Source of the DNA: Nitrospirota bacterium
GTDB taxonomy: Bacteria > Nitrospirota > UBA9217
Assembly: GCA_963754875.1 (NCBI GenBank)
Contig: CAVWHO010000020.1
Coordinates: forward strand, 96,001 to 160,000
Direction: 5' to 3'
Length of the DNA: 64,000 nt
Positions 52,898 to 63,794 of the stretch are shown piece after piece (position 1 is the first letter of the stretch; the number at the start of each line of letters is the position of its first letter). The notes under the pieces are model-generated. The model was not told the origin of the DNA, made no database searches, and worked only from the letters and a program-made list of their open reading frames with translations. The translations under genes and the position numbers were made by a program.

Positions 52898-53422
52898 ATG
52901 CTGAAAGAGATTCTGAAAAATTTAACCACCCGAAAACAGACCATCCCTTTTCCAACAGGGTTCAACGTTACCCCGGAACAGGCGACGAAGATTGTTGACT
53001 TTCAGAAAAAGATTGATACAATCTTCGGTAGGTCGCTTCGCATCAGGCAGGTGGATGCGGGATCATGCAACGCCTGCGAATGGGAGTGCACGGCGCTCAC
53101 GAACCCCGTGTACGACATCCAGCGGTTCGGCATCGATTTCGTGGCTTCGCCGCGTCATGCAGATGTCCTGCTCGTTTCCGGCCCGGTGTCCCGCCAGATG
53201 GCATTAGCTCTCAAGAGGACATATATCGCGATGCCCACGCCGCGGCTCGTCGTGGCCTGCGGAGACTGTGCAAACAACGGCGGCATCTACCGGGACAGCT
53301 ACGCGGTCACGAACGGCGTGGCAAACGTTATTCCGGTGGATGGCTACATTCCCGGATGCCCGCCAACGCCGACAGCGATCTTACTCGGACTTTCCCGGCT
53401 CATCGAACAGTGCACGAAATGA
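52898..53422 (+). CDS. HyfI/NuoB-like Fe-S small subunit (Ehr 1)
   Basis: GSCNACE, ASPRHAD, GDCA, PGCPP. Confidence 0.9.
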   Translation: MLKEILKNLTTRKQTIPFPTGFNVTPEQATKIVDFQKKIDTIFGRSLRIRQVDAGSCNACEWECTALTNPVYDIQRFGIDFVASPRHADVLLVSGPVSRQMALALKRTYIAMPTPRLVVACGDCANNGGIYRDSYAVTNGVANVIPVDGYIPGCPPTPTAILLGLSRLIEQCTK

Positions 53423-53511
53423 ACGGGATGGTGAGTTTCAGGCATGTATAGGTATGAATAAGAACTGATTTGTTTCAGGTTAAGATGCAGGGATAGACAG
53501 GGAGGTAGGGA

Positions 53512-55558
53512 ATGGAGCTTTCACCTATCAGCATCGTATCCTCATCTTTCGCGGCGCTTTTGCTTGTGCTGGTGCTGACGCCGATTCTGCGCCTGAAGCA
53601 GCATCTCCTCATCACGATCGGTTTCTCCCTCGCGAGCGTTGCATCGTTCCTTGCTGCGGGCGCGGGGATCTGGACCGTCGCCAGTAGGACCACGTATCAG
53701 GTCATTCTTCCCCTCGGCTTGCCTGATCTCCCTTTTCATCTGAGGCTCGACCTGCTGTCCGGTTTTTTTCTCACGGTCATCGGCCTCCTCACGTTTTTTG
53801 TGTCCCTTTACTCAATCGGTTACGTGAAAGGTTTTCTGGGGCACCGCTCGGTAACGAAACTTGTGGTCTTCTATACGTTATTTCTTGCAGGCATGTATCT
53901 GGTGGTCCTTGCCGATGACGCATTTTTCTTCCTGATCGCCTGGGAGATGATGGCGGCAGCATCGTACTTTCTCGTGCTCTTCGAGGACGAACGGGTCGAG
54001 AACAGGAGGGCAGCATTCCTCTATCTGGTCGTTGCCCACGTCGGGGCCATCGCCATACTTTTGTCCTTCGGCATCATGGCCGGGCTTGCGACGGGGTTCT
54101 CGGGGTTTGAAAGTTATGCCTTCGACGCCATGCGCAAGGCGGAACTTCCCGACGGGCTGGCCGCAGCGGCCTTTCTCCTGGCCTTCTTCGGGTTTGCCGC
54201 CAAAGCAGGCGTGATCCCGCTTCACATCTGGCTGCCCGAGGCCCATCCCGTAGCACCGTCCAATGTCTCTGCCCTCATGAGCGGCGTGATGCTCAAAACC
54301 GCTATTTACGGGATCGTTCGCGTCGTCTTCGACCTGATCGGCGTTTTCCCGTGGTGGTGGGGCGCCCTCGTGCTGGTCTTCGGTCTGGTGTCGGCTGTCA
54401 TGGGAGTCCTCTACGCCCTGATGCAACATGACCTGAAAAGACTGCTCGCATACCATTCCGTGGAGAACATCGGCATCATCCTCATCGGCATCGGCCTGTC
54501 GATGATTTTCACGTCCTTCGACATGTCTCTCCTGGCGGCACTGGCCCTGATCGCCGGTTTGTATCATACGCTGAACCATGCAATGTTCAAGGGCCTCCTC
54601 TTCATGGGCGCAGGAGCAGTGCTCCATGCAACGCATGAGCGCAACATGGAGGAGATGGGCGGCCTCATCAGGTTCATGCCCTGGACAGCGGTCCTGTTCC
54701 TCATCGGTTGCATTTCGATCTCCGCGCTGCCGCCCTTTAACGGGTTCGTGTCGGAATGGCTCACGTATCAGGCGTTCCTGCTTTCTCCCGCACTCCCCAA
54801 CCCGCTCTTGAACCTGCTGATCCCGCTGGGGGCGGCGCTCCTGGCCCTGACGAGCGCGCTGGCGGCGGCATGCTTTGTGAAGGCCTTCGGCGTCACCTTT
54901 CTGGGGCATCCGCGCGGGCACCATCAAGGACGCATCCATGAGGCGGACTGGTCCATGAGGATCGGCATGCTGCTTGCCGCGCTCACGTGCCTCGGACTCG
55001 GCGTTCTGCCCACCTACGTCATCGAATGGATGGACCCGCTCGCCGAGAAACTGGTCGGCGGTACGATCGCCGCATCCGCCTCGGGCTTCGGCTGGATGTG
55101 GCTCACGCCGGTTGCGGCGGAACGGGCCTCCTACTCGGCGCCGATTGCTTTCCTGGGCATCCTGTCCGTCGTGATCGTGACCTACCTCCTGCTCCATGCC
55201 CGGCCCGGCGCAATCCATCGCGACTCCGCTCTGGGACTGCGGGTTTGAAAAGGTCACGCCCCGGATGCAGTATACGGCCACGTCGTTTTCCATGCCCTTG
55301 CGCCGGATCTTCGGTTTTCTGTTCAGCATCAAGGAACATGTACGACAGCTCCCGCCGGAAACGCATCCTGCTTTCCCCGAACGAATGCACTACCATCTGC
55401 GGGTGGGCGACCGTTTCTGGATGCTGCTCTACCAGCCCGTCGTGGATGCCAGCTTCTGGATGTCGCGAAGGGTCGGGCGCATGCAACACGGCCGTATTCA
55501 GATTTACCTGATTTACTCCTTTGTGACGATCCTGGTCCTTTTGATATTTTCAAAATGA
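53512..55558 (+). CDS. hyfB: Hydrogenase-4 component B-like subunit (Ehr 2); frameshift ~55220
   Basis: PLHIWLPEAHP, AYHSVENIG; WDCG in a second frame. Confidence 0.9.
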
Positions 55559-55656
55559 GCAGGAGACTCCTCCACAAGACATGATTTTGGCAATCAGTGA
55601 GCATCTTGGATTGATCTGCTTCACCGTGGTCATGAATTTATTTCAAGGAGTTTTCA

Positions 55657-56601
55657 TTGAACATTGATCCATTCATCGTAGAAATTCTCCAGGTCACTGT
55701 GCTTCTTTTAGCCGCCCCGCTCTTCGCGGGCTGGGTGAAAATGGTGAAATGCTGGTTTCAGGGCCGGACCTCGCCGAGTCTGTTCCAGCCGTTCAGGGAC
55801 ATCAGGAAACTTCTTGCCAAGGACGTAACGCTTGCCGAGAACGCGTCGTGGATATTCCGGTTCACGCCCTATCTCGTCTTCGGCGTCTCGGTCATGGCGG
55901 GCGGCATCATTCCCATGCTGTCCATGGACCTGCCGCTGTCCGCAACGGCCGACGTCATCGCTCTCGTGGCGCTCTTTGGCATCGCCCGTTTTTTTACCGC
56001 GCTCGCCGGCATGGACATCGGCACCGCGTTCGGCGGCATGGGGTCGAGCCGCGAGATGACCATTGCGTCTCTTGCCGAGCCCGCCATGCTGATGGCCGTA
56101 TTTGCCGTATCCCTGGTGAGTAAATCCACGTCCCTGTCGCAGATGGCCTCGGTTATCGCCCAAGGGCATTCCCTGCTCCGGCCGTCGCTGGTTTTCGCGC
56201 TCCTGGCGTTCATCCTCATCGCCCTTGCCGAGACGGGGAGGGTGCCCGTGGATAACCCGGCCACTCATCTTGAACTTACCATGATTCACGAAGCGATGAT
56301 CCTCGAGTATTCCGGCAGACATCTCGCCCTTATCGAATGGGCCAGCATGATGAAACTCTTTCTCTTTACGACCCTGGGTATTGCGTCGTTCTTTCCCTGG
56401 GGGATCGCGCAGGCCGGCGACCCGGTTAACGTGCTGCTCGCGCTGTTGGTCCTGCTGTTCAAGCTCGGGATCGTCGGTGTCGGGCTTGTGTTGATTGAGA
56501 CCGGTCTTGCGAAAATGCGGATTTTCCGGATAACGGAGTTCCTTGGCAGCGCGTTTCTCTTTGCGACGCTCGGGATGCTGTCGTATTTTATGCTGGAGTA
56601 G
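55657..56601 (+). CDS. hyfC: HyfC/NuoH-like subunit (Ehr 2)
   Basis: ETGRVPVDNPATHLELTMIHE. Confidence 0.9.
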   Translation: MNIDPFIVEILQVTVLLLAAPLFAGWVKMVKCWFQGRTSPSLFQPFRDIRKLLAKDVTLAENASWIFRFTPYLVFGVSVMAGGIIPMLSMDLPLSATADVIALVALFGIARFFTALAGMDIGTAFGGMGSSREMTIASLAEPAMLMAVFAVSLVSKSTSLSQMASVIAQGHSLLRPSLVFALLAFILIALAETGRVPVDNPATHLELTMIHEAMILEYSGRHLALIEWASMMKLFLFTTLGIASFFPWGIAQAGDPVNVLLALLVLLFKLGIVGVGLVLIETGLAKMRIFRITEFLGSAFLFATLGMLSYFMLE

Positions 56602-56714
56602 GGAATTGAAAAAGTAGCATGTAGTAAGCAGCAAGGTGCAGGAAAAATAAAATAGGGAAGTCTGCATTCCCTTGCAACTTGACCCGTGCTGCTTGACCCT
56701 GACTGAGGTATGCC

Positions 56715-57380
56715 ATGAACATGCAGCTTGCATCGCAACTCAACAGTCTTCTCGCGGCCCTCATCCTCCTCACGGCATTTGCGCTGGTTGTTCAACGGAG
56801 AATGAACGCGCTTTTGCACCTGTTCGCATGGCAGGGGTTCCTGCTCGCCGTGAGTACTGCCATCGTCGGCTATGTCGGCGGGGCCCATGACTTGTACATC
56901 TCGTCTATCCTGACGCTTTCCATGAAGGTTGTTCTTCTCCCCTACATCTTGCACAAGCTCATCGTAAAATTGAAGATTCACCGGGAAGTGGAAACGGTCG
57001 TGAATGTTCCCGCTACGATGCTGATGGGGATTATCCTCGTCATTTTCTCCTATCATCTGACGGCCCCCATCAGGGAACTTTCCACGCTCGTGACCCGCTC
57101 GACCCTGGCAGTGGCCCTTGCCACGGTCCTGCTCGGTTTTCTCATGATGATCACCCGCAAGCACGCGGTCACTCAGATCATCGGGTTCCTTGCCATGGAA
57201 AACGGCCTCCTCTTCGCGGCAACGAGCGCCACCTACGGCATGCCGCTGGTCGTGGAACTCGGCGTGGCCCTGGACCTTTTGATTGCGGCGTTCATATTCG
57301 GAATGTTCTTCTTCCACATCAGAACGACCTTCGACAGCCTCGATGTGGACCAGATGGCGAAGTTGAAAGAAGAGGATTAA
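56715..57380 (+). CDS. hyfE: HyfE-like subunit (Ehr 2)
   Basis: MENG...YGMPLVVELGVALD. Confidence 0.88.
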   Translation: MNMQLASQLNSLLAALILLTAFALVVQRRMNALLHLFAWQGFLLAVSTAIVGYVGGAHDLYISSILTLSMKVVLLPYILHKLIVKLKIHREVETVVNVPATMLMGIILVIFSYHLTAPIRELSTLVTRSTLAVALATVLLGFLMMITRKHAVTQIIGFLAMENGLLFAATSATYGMPLVVELGVALDLLIAAFIFGMFFFHIRTTFDSLDVDQMAKLKEED

Positions 57381-57495
57381 GACAGTTTTTGTTTTCGCAA
57401 GGAGGCAAAGGACGCCGGAAAAACTTACGAGGTGAAGCTGCCTGTTTTCACCTTTGCGCCCCTGCGAGAAAAAGAACCAAGGGAATGAGGTTGAG

Positions 57496-58944
57496 ATGGA
57501 ACTGCTGGTCCTTTTAATGGTCCCCATAGTCGCGTCCCTGGCGCTGGCCTTCATCGGAGACAGGAAACTTGCGCCCGAAGTGAACATCCTCGGCTCGGCC
57601 GCGACCTTCGTTGCCGGCGTCAAGCTCGCACTCGAAGTCTACGAACGCGGGCCGATCCTGGCTGGAAACGATTTCTTCTTCGTCGATGCGTTCAGCGTCT
57701 ACCTGACGGTCCTCACTGCTTTCGTTTCCATGACCACCGCCATTTTCAGCAGGCGGTACATGCGGCGTGAACGCGAGCACGGCACCATCGGCCACAAGAG
57801 AATGCGCTTCTACCACTCCATGTTCCAGCTCTTTATCTTCGCCATGCTGCTCTGCCTGCTCACCAACAACGTGGGCATTCTCTGGATCGCCATGGAGCTC
57901 GCCACACTGTCCACGGTGCTGCTCGTTTCCCTCTACCGCACGCCCGCCGCGATCGAAGCGGCATGGAAGTATTTTATCCTCTGCGGCGTGGGTATCGCGC
58001 TTGCGCTCTTCGGTACGGTGCTCCTGTACTTTGCCGCGGAAAAAGTGCTCGGTGAAGGCGGCGCCGCTCTGCACTGGACGAACCTCGCCCAGGTGAGCGA
58101 CCAGCTGGAGCCGACCATCCTGTCCCTGGCCTTCGTGTTTCTCATGGTGGGATACGGCACCAAGGTGGGCCTCGTGCCGATCCATAACTGGCTCCCCGAC
58201 GCCCACAGCGAAGGCCCCACCCCGATATCCGCAGTGCTCTCGGGACTTCTGCTGAACATCGCCCTGTACGCGCTCGTCCGGTGCAAGGTGCTCGTAGACG
58301 GCTCGACCGGTACACACCATTCGGGCTACATCATGATGGGGTTCGGCATCCTCTCGATCATCGTCGCTTCTTTTTCGCTCCTGCGGCAGAAAGACATCAA
58401 ACGACTCTTCGCCTATTCGTCCATCGAACACATGGGAATCGCCACCTTTGCCTTCGGTCTGGGCGGACCGGTGGCCACCTTCGGCGCCCTGTTGCACATG
58501 CTGGTCCACAGCCTGACCAAGTCCTCCATATTCTTCACCGTGGGCCATGCTTCGCAGATGCACCGGACGCAGGAGATGGACAGGATCAGGGGGCTCATTC
58601 GCGGCAACCCTCTCGTGGGATGGGGACTGGCGCTCGGGGTCATGGCAATCGTGGGCATGCCTCCCTTCGGCGTATTCACCAGTGAATTCCTGATACTGAC
58701 GGCAACGATCAAGGATGCGCCGTGGTTTGCGCCCTTTCTGCTGCTCGGCCTCGGGGTGTCCTTTGCCGCCCTGTTCAGGAGGATGCAGCCCATGGTCTCG
58801 GGGGAACTGCCGCCCTATCAGCACCGCTTGAAGGTGGCGCACGTTCCGGTGATCCTCCATATGCTGATCGTACTCGTTCTCGGTCTGTATATCCCGAAAT
58901 TTCTCTCCGGGTGGTTCCAGACCGCAGTGGGGCTGTTGAAATGA
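57496..58944 (+). CDS. hyfF: HyfF-like subunit (Ehr 2)
   Basis: EAAWKY, GYGTKVGLVPIHNWLPDAHSEGP. Confidence 0.9.
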   Translation: MELLVLLMVPIVASLALAFIGDRKLAPEVNILGSAATFVAGVKLALEVYERGPILAGNDFFFVDAFSVYLTVLTAFVSMTTAIFSRRYMRREREHGTIGHKRMRFYHSMFQLFIFAMLLCLLTNNVGILWIAMELATLSTVLLVSLYRTPAAIEAAWKYFILCGVGIALALFGTVLLYFAAEKVLGEGGAALHWTNLAQVSDQLEPTILSLAFVFLMVGYGTKVGLVPIHNWLPDAHSEGPTPISAVLSGLLLNIALYALVRCKVLVDGSTGTHHSGYIMMGFGILSIIVASFSLLRQKDIKRLFAYSSIEHMGIATFAFGLGGPVATFGALLHMLVHSLTKSSIFFTVGHASQMHRTQEMDRIRGLIRGNPLVGWGLALGVMAIVGMPPFGVFTSEFLILTATIKDAPWFAPFLLLGLGVSFAALFRRMQPMVSGELPPYQHRLKVAHVPVILHMLIVLVLGLYIPKFLSGWFQTAVGLLK

Positions 58945-60513
58945 GCAGAATGGAACAAATCGTCAGGGCGGCCCTCGGGCCTGATGTGACTCGGGATGAT
59001 TCCCTGGCCCCGGCATCGATGTCCATGCTGGTCGTCCCGCGGGTGCGGTTTGCGGAAGCTGCCAAAGCACTGAGGAAAGAATATGCCCTGCTTGCCGCAG
59101 AGTGGGCGGCCGATGAAACGCTTTTGGAGAGAGGTTTCGGGATCTACGCCTGCTTCCGGAAGGAGATGGAATATCTTATCGTAAAAACATACGCCCCAAC
59201 AGATGATCCGACCTTTCCCAGCCTTACGAAAAAATTCGTCCCTGCTTACCGGTTCGAGCGGCAGATGAAAAGTCTCATGGGAGTGGTCCCTGTCGGCCAT
59301 CCCGATACACGGCCATGGATCAAGCACGAAGACTGGCCGGAAGATGCCTGGCCGCTCAGAAAGTCCTTTGACCCGTCACAGCCCCTGCCGAGAGTGTTCG
59401 GAGAATATCGCTGGATACGGGCTGAAGGCGAGGGGGTCTATGAAATTCCCGTGGGGCCCGTGCATGCAGGCATCATCGAGCCCGGACATTTCCGTTTTCA
59501 GGCCGTGGGAGAAGCAGTCATCAACCTTGAAGAGAAACTGGGCTATGTGCACAAGGGAATCGAGAAGCGGTTCGAGTCCCTGTCCTGGACGGAAGGCTCC
59601 CGGCTGGCAGGCCGGGTATCGGGAGACACGACCGTGGCCCATTGCCTGGCCTATTGCCGCGCCGTGGAGGAGATCAGCGGGTGTACGCCTCCTGAACGGG
59701 CGCTTTGGCTCAGGGCTCTCTTCCTCGAGCGGGAACGGATCGCGAACCACCTGGGCGATCTGGGCGCCATCTGCAATGATGTCGCTTTTGCGATCCTGTT
59801 GTATCAATTCCACCGGCTCAAGGAGATGCTGGTCCGGACGAACGGGAAACTCTTCGGTCACCGGTTCCTGATGGACACGATCGTGCCCGGCGGGACGACG
59901 GTTGACATCGATGCCGAAGGCGTAACAGCGGTCCTTGCCGAATTGGACTGGCTGGCAAAAGAGTTTGAGCGGATCGTGGTCATCTACGATGAAAGTGCTT
60001 CTGTCGAGGACCGGCTTCGGGACACGGGCATCCTGAGCCCCGAGAAGGCAAGAGACCTCGGCATGGTGGGGTTCGCGGCCAGGGCGAGCGGTCTGAATCT
60101 CGACTGTCGGATCCATCAGCCCTTTCCTCCCTATGACCGCATTACGGTGAACGTGCCGGTGCTGATCTCAGGCGATGTCCATGCCAGGGCATGGGTCAGG
60201 GTGGAGGAGATCAGGGATTCCATCCGCATCATCCGGGAAATACTGGACACGCTGCCCGAGGGCACCATCGCCCTGCCGATCGAAGCGCCGATGCCGGACA
60301 GGTCCGGATTCGCTGCTGTCGAGGGATGGCGCGGGGAGATCCTCTACTGGGTGCAGTCCGGCAGAAAAGGGGAGATCAAGCCGCTGCATGGTCCGGGACC
60401 CGTCGAGCCTGAATTGGCTGGGGCTGGAACAATGCATTCATGGAAACATTGTCCCCGATTTTCCGGTGTGCAACAAGAGCTTTAACCAGTCCTATTCGGG
60501 AAATGACGTGTGA
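58941..60513 (+). CDS. HyfG/NuoCD-like large subunit lacking Ni ligands (Ehr 2); frameshift ~60380
   Basis: GPVHAGIIEPGHF, GRVSGDTTVAH, DFPVCNKSFNQSYSG. Confidence 0.88.
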
Positions 60514-60657
60514 AGCGCAAGAGGCGAAGGACGATGGAAGAGGGACGCAAAGGCTTTTCGTCCGTCGTCCGGGTGAGCGAAGCGAACGATTGTCCCTCGT
60601 GTTTAAGAACGTCGTCGCCGCGATATCTTGTTCGGACGGCATGTCTCTAGGAGCCTT

Positions 60658-61168
60658 ATGATCAGAATCCTTAAACAGATATTCCATACCGGTATCGTCA
60701 CCGAGCCGCTTCCCCCGATTACCGACCCCGAGCTCGAAAAAATATCCGTACGACTTCGAGGAGGTCATCCGACGGCGCTTCCAGGGCAGTCTCGCCATTC
60801 GCCAGGTGGACGCCGGTTCGTGCAATGCCTGCGAGCTCGAGATCCACGCGATCAACAATGCGATTTACAATTGCGAGCGTTTCGGCATCCATTTTACCGC
60901 GTCGCCGCGGTTCGCAGACATGCTGCTGGTCACCGGGCCGGTTTCCCGCAACATGGAGATCGCGCTGAAGAGGACCTACGATGCCACGCCGCAGCCGAAG
61001 CTCGTGGTCGCTGTCGGAGATTGCGGGTGCAACGGAGGCATATTCGGCGAGAGCTACGCGTCTTTGGGCGGCATTCATAATGTGATCCCGGTCGATGCGT
61101 ATATCCCCGGGTGTCCACCCACTCCCACGGCCCTTCTTCAAGGCATTCTTAGAACGATCGAAAAGTAA
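60658..61168 (+). CDS. HyfI/NuoB-like small subunit (Ehr 2); frameshift ~60755
   Basis: GSCNACE, ASPRFAD, GDCG, PGCPP. Confidence 0.88.
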
Positions 61169-61324
61169 CACTTGCCTTTACGCATCCTGCTTTTTCGTTG
61201 CTACCCTATCTGTCGGGTTGCCGTAGCCTGAAACAGTCGCGCAACACGAAAAAGTGGCCACGATAAATGTTTTTTGCTATACTTTGACCTAACATTGGCA
61301 AATCCATGCATCAGGGGGGGACTC

Positions 61325-61642
61325 ATGAAAATGGCTATGCTGGTCTTGCTTGCTTTGTTCTGTATTGTATCATCGGTCGCTCTGGCCGAAACCATAGGTG
61401 GCGGGGACCTGACGTTTAATCCGAAAAATGCAGCTCCTGTCATTTTCAGCCACCAGATACACGTAAACGAGAAAGGTCTCAAGTGCTCGGGGTGCCATTA
61501 CCAGGTGTTCCAGATGAGCAAAGGCTCCTATAAGATGGACATGAGCAAGATCACGAAAGGCGCTTTCTGCGGCAAATGCCATAACGGGCAAAAATCATTC
61601 GATGTGAAAGACCCCAACAACTGCGCCAAATGTCATAAGTAA
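61325..61642 (+). CDS. Periplasmic c7-type triheme cytochrome c
   Basis: Signal peptide; FSHQIH; three CxxCH motifs (CSGCH, CGKCH, CAKCH). Confidence 0.9.
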   Translation: MKMAMLVLLALFCIVSSVALAETIGGGDLTFNPKNAAPVIFSHQIHVNEKGLKCSGCHYQVFQMSKGSYKMDMSKITKGAFCGKCHNGQKSFDVKDPNNCAKCHK

Positions 61643-61680
61643 TCATTTCTTCATTGACGATGCTGTTGCCGGAGGAAGTC

Positions 61681-62520
61681 GTGAACAGGGTAAAATTATT
61701 CTCCCGGTCCCTCAAAAGCGCACTCTTTCTCGGCCTGGTCTTTGTTGCCGGATGTCTCCAGCCGATCACGGTCCCGATGGAGACGATCCGTTATGACGCT
61801 CCGGCCGGTCAGGCCCACCGGCTGCTGTTCGTGTTTCTGCCCGGGAACGGCGATCCGATTACCGTGTTCCGGAAAGAAGGGCTTGTCGAAGCGGTGAGGC
61901 GGCGGGGCCTGCCCGCCGACATGGTCGCGGTGAACGCCCACATCGGCTACTACGAGAACGGCACGGTTTTGACCCGGCTCAAAGAAGACGTGATCGGCCC
62001 TGCAAAGGCCAAAGGATATGAACAAATCTGGCTCGTCGGCAATTCTCTCGGAGGCTACGGGTCCTTGTCCTATGCCCGCGAGTATCCCGACGACGTGACC
62101 GGCGTCGTGTTGCTGGGCCCTTTTTTGGGCCGGGAAAAAAGCGTCGATGAGATCAAACGGGCGGGCGGGATACTGCAGTGGACGCCCGCCGAAATTAAGT
62201 TGAAAACAGAGGATGAATGGGACAAGTATTTATGGCTCTGGATCAAGGACCGTGTCCAACAGGAAAAATTACGGCTCTCGGCCGGGGAATGCGTGCAGAA
62301 AGAATGCAATCCGAAGGTCTATCTGGGGTACGGCCGCAGGGACCGGTTTTCGTACGGTCAGGAGTTGCTGGCGTCGCTCCTGTCGCGGGAGCAGGTAATC
62401 GTCATCGACGGCGGACATGACTGGACGACATGGACCAGGCTGTGGAACCTGTTTCTCGACAGGAACATCTTCAGTGTGAAACCGCACTATGCTGCGGTCC
62501 CTCATGAAGCGGAAAAATAA
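61681..62520 (+). CDS. Alpha/beta-hydrolase lipoprotein
   Basis: VAGC lipobox, GNSLGG nucleophile elbow, GGHDW. Confidence 0.85.
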   Translation: MNRVKLFSRSLKSALFLGLVFVAGCLQPITVPMETIRYDAPAGQAHRLLFVFLPGNGDPITVFRKEGLVEAVRRRGLPADMVAVNAHIGYYENGTVLTRLKEDVIGPAKAKGYEQIWLVGNSLGGYGSLSYAREYPDDVTGVVLLGPFLGREKSVDEIKRAGGILQWTPAEIKLKTEDEWDKYLWLWIKDRVQQEKLRLSAGECVQKECNPKVYLGYGRRDRFSYGQELLASLLSREQVIVIDGGHDWTTWTRLWNLFLDRNIFSVKPHYAAVPHEAEK

Positions 62521-62676
62521 TCCGTCATCATGTCCTCCCGCTTGAGAACGAAGATACTCTCCGATTCTCCTTCTTTGGTCATCTTGTAGCGCTATACTTG
62601 AATCAGATTATAGCCGATCCGGTGTCCCCGGCGCTGCTGCCTTGATCTTGACTTTTTTACCGCTTAGGAGAGAGAG

Positions 62677-63708
62677 ATGGAACCTGAGGTAAAACCGGTC
62701 CCGGGAAGGCTCGTTGTCTTTCTCATCGGCAAAACCGAAGAGAATCTCGAGACCGCTGAGGTCGTCGAGATTAGGGCCGTGAAAAGCGCGCCGAGCTATC
62801 CCGACGTCATACCCAAACAGAAGATCATCAAACTGGAAAAACACCCCATAGACGGCATCGAGGTCGGCTTCCTGGTCAAGACCTATCTGCCGGACGTGGT
62901 CGTGGTAGAAGCGTCGCTGGACCTCGACGACATCCTGGGCGACGTGACCCTGGATGTCAAGCGGTCGCTTATCAACGAATGCAGGAGTATCATGAGAGAG
63001 TTCACCTGCGACCAGGAGTATGACGAGGAGTACAGCGTTTACTGCATCTCCGGCTACACCGGCGACCCGGAAGTGTATTTGTCCATGCACGGCGGGCGGA
63101 TCGCGGAGTTCCTTAAAAATGAGCGGATGCCGCTCGATGAAGAAGAAGTCCAGGCCACGCTTTCGACGTACCTGAAATACGGGAAGGACGATATTACGGT
63201 CGTGGACTGGGACGGCGCGTTCATTTTCGATTCAGACGGAGACTTCGACAGCAATATCGAACTTTTCGAAATCGCCAATTTGCAGCTCTTGAAATCCCGC
63301 ATCCTCGCAGACGACCTTGATGAACGCCTGGAAAAAACGCTTCGGCTCATCGGCGCATCAAAGAAGCGGCTGCCGATCATCCGATCGGGTGAAGTGAGGA
63401 AGATCGTGAAGGAAATTATCGAGACCCGGACCCAGTCCATCCTCGAGTCGGAAGCGGTGGAACGGAACATCAAACTGATCGGCGACTGGTATTCGGCAAA
63501 GCTCTATTCGCTCATCTCAAAGAAATTCCACCTCGACAGCTGGAAGGCCAACATCAAGGAAAAGCTCGATACCCTCGAAGACGTCTACACCATGGCAACG
63601 GAAAACTTCAGTGTGTCCTACCGCGCGACGTTGGAATTCGTCATCCTTGCAGGGTGGTTCGTGCTCCTGCTCCTCTATGTTGCCGAGTTCCTGTTCACCA
63701 AGAAGTAG
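62677..63708 (+). CDS. Conserved hypothetical protein (RMD1/DUF155-like) with C-terminal TM
   Basis: DDITVVDWDGA, IGDWYSAKLY, C-terminal hydrophobic helix. Confidence 0.65.
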   Translation: MEPEVKPVPGRLVVFLIGKTEENLETAEVVEIRAVKSAPSYPDVIPKQKIIKLEKHPIDGIEVGFLVKTYLPDVVVVEASLDLDDILGDVTLDVKRSLINECRSIMREFTCDQEYDEEYSVYCISGYTGDPEVYLSMHGGRIAEFLKNERMPLDEEEVQATLSTYLKYGKDDITVVDWDGAFIFDSDGDFDSNIELFEIANLQLLKSRILADDLDERLEKTLRLIGASKKRLPIIRSGEVRKIVKEIIETRTQSILESEAVERNIKLIGDWYSAKLYSLISKKFHLDSWKANIKEKLDTLEDVYTMATENFSVSYRATLEFVILAGWFVLLLLYVAEFLFTKK

Positions 63709-63794
63709 CTGACATCCTCATCATCTCCCTGCTTTACATTCCTCCGCTCTTTTGTTACTATACCCGCCTCATATCTCACTCAAAAGGATTTTTT

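Noticed and set aside
25727..60116. Long antisense ORFs (e.g. 25727-27199, 42441-43793, 49686-50966, 53878-55332, 57514-58860)
   Set aside because: Shadow frames of GC-rich genes with well-supported products on the opposite strand.
45983..61168. True [NiFe] hydrogenase-4 / formate hydrogenlyase
   Set aside because: Large subunits lack both Ni-binding CxxC motifs; no fdh or hyp genes adjacent.
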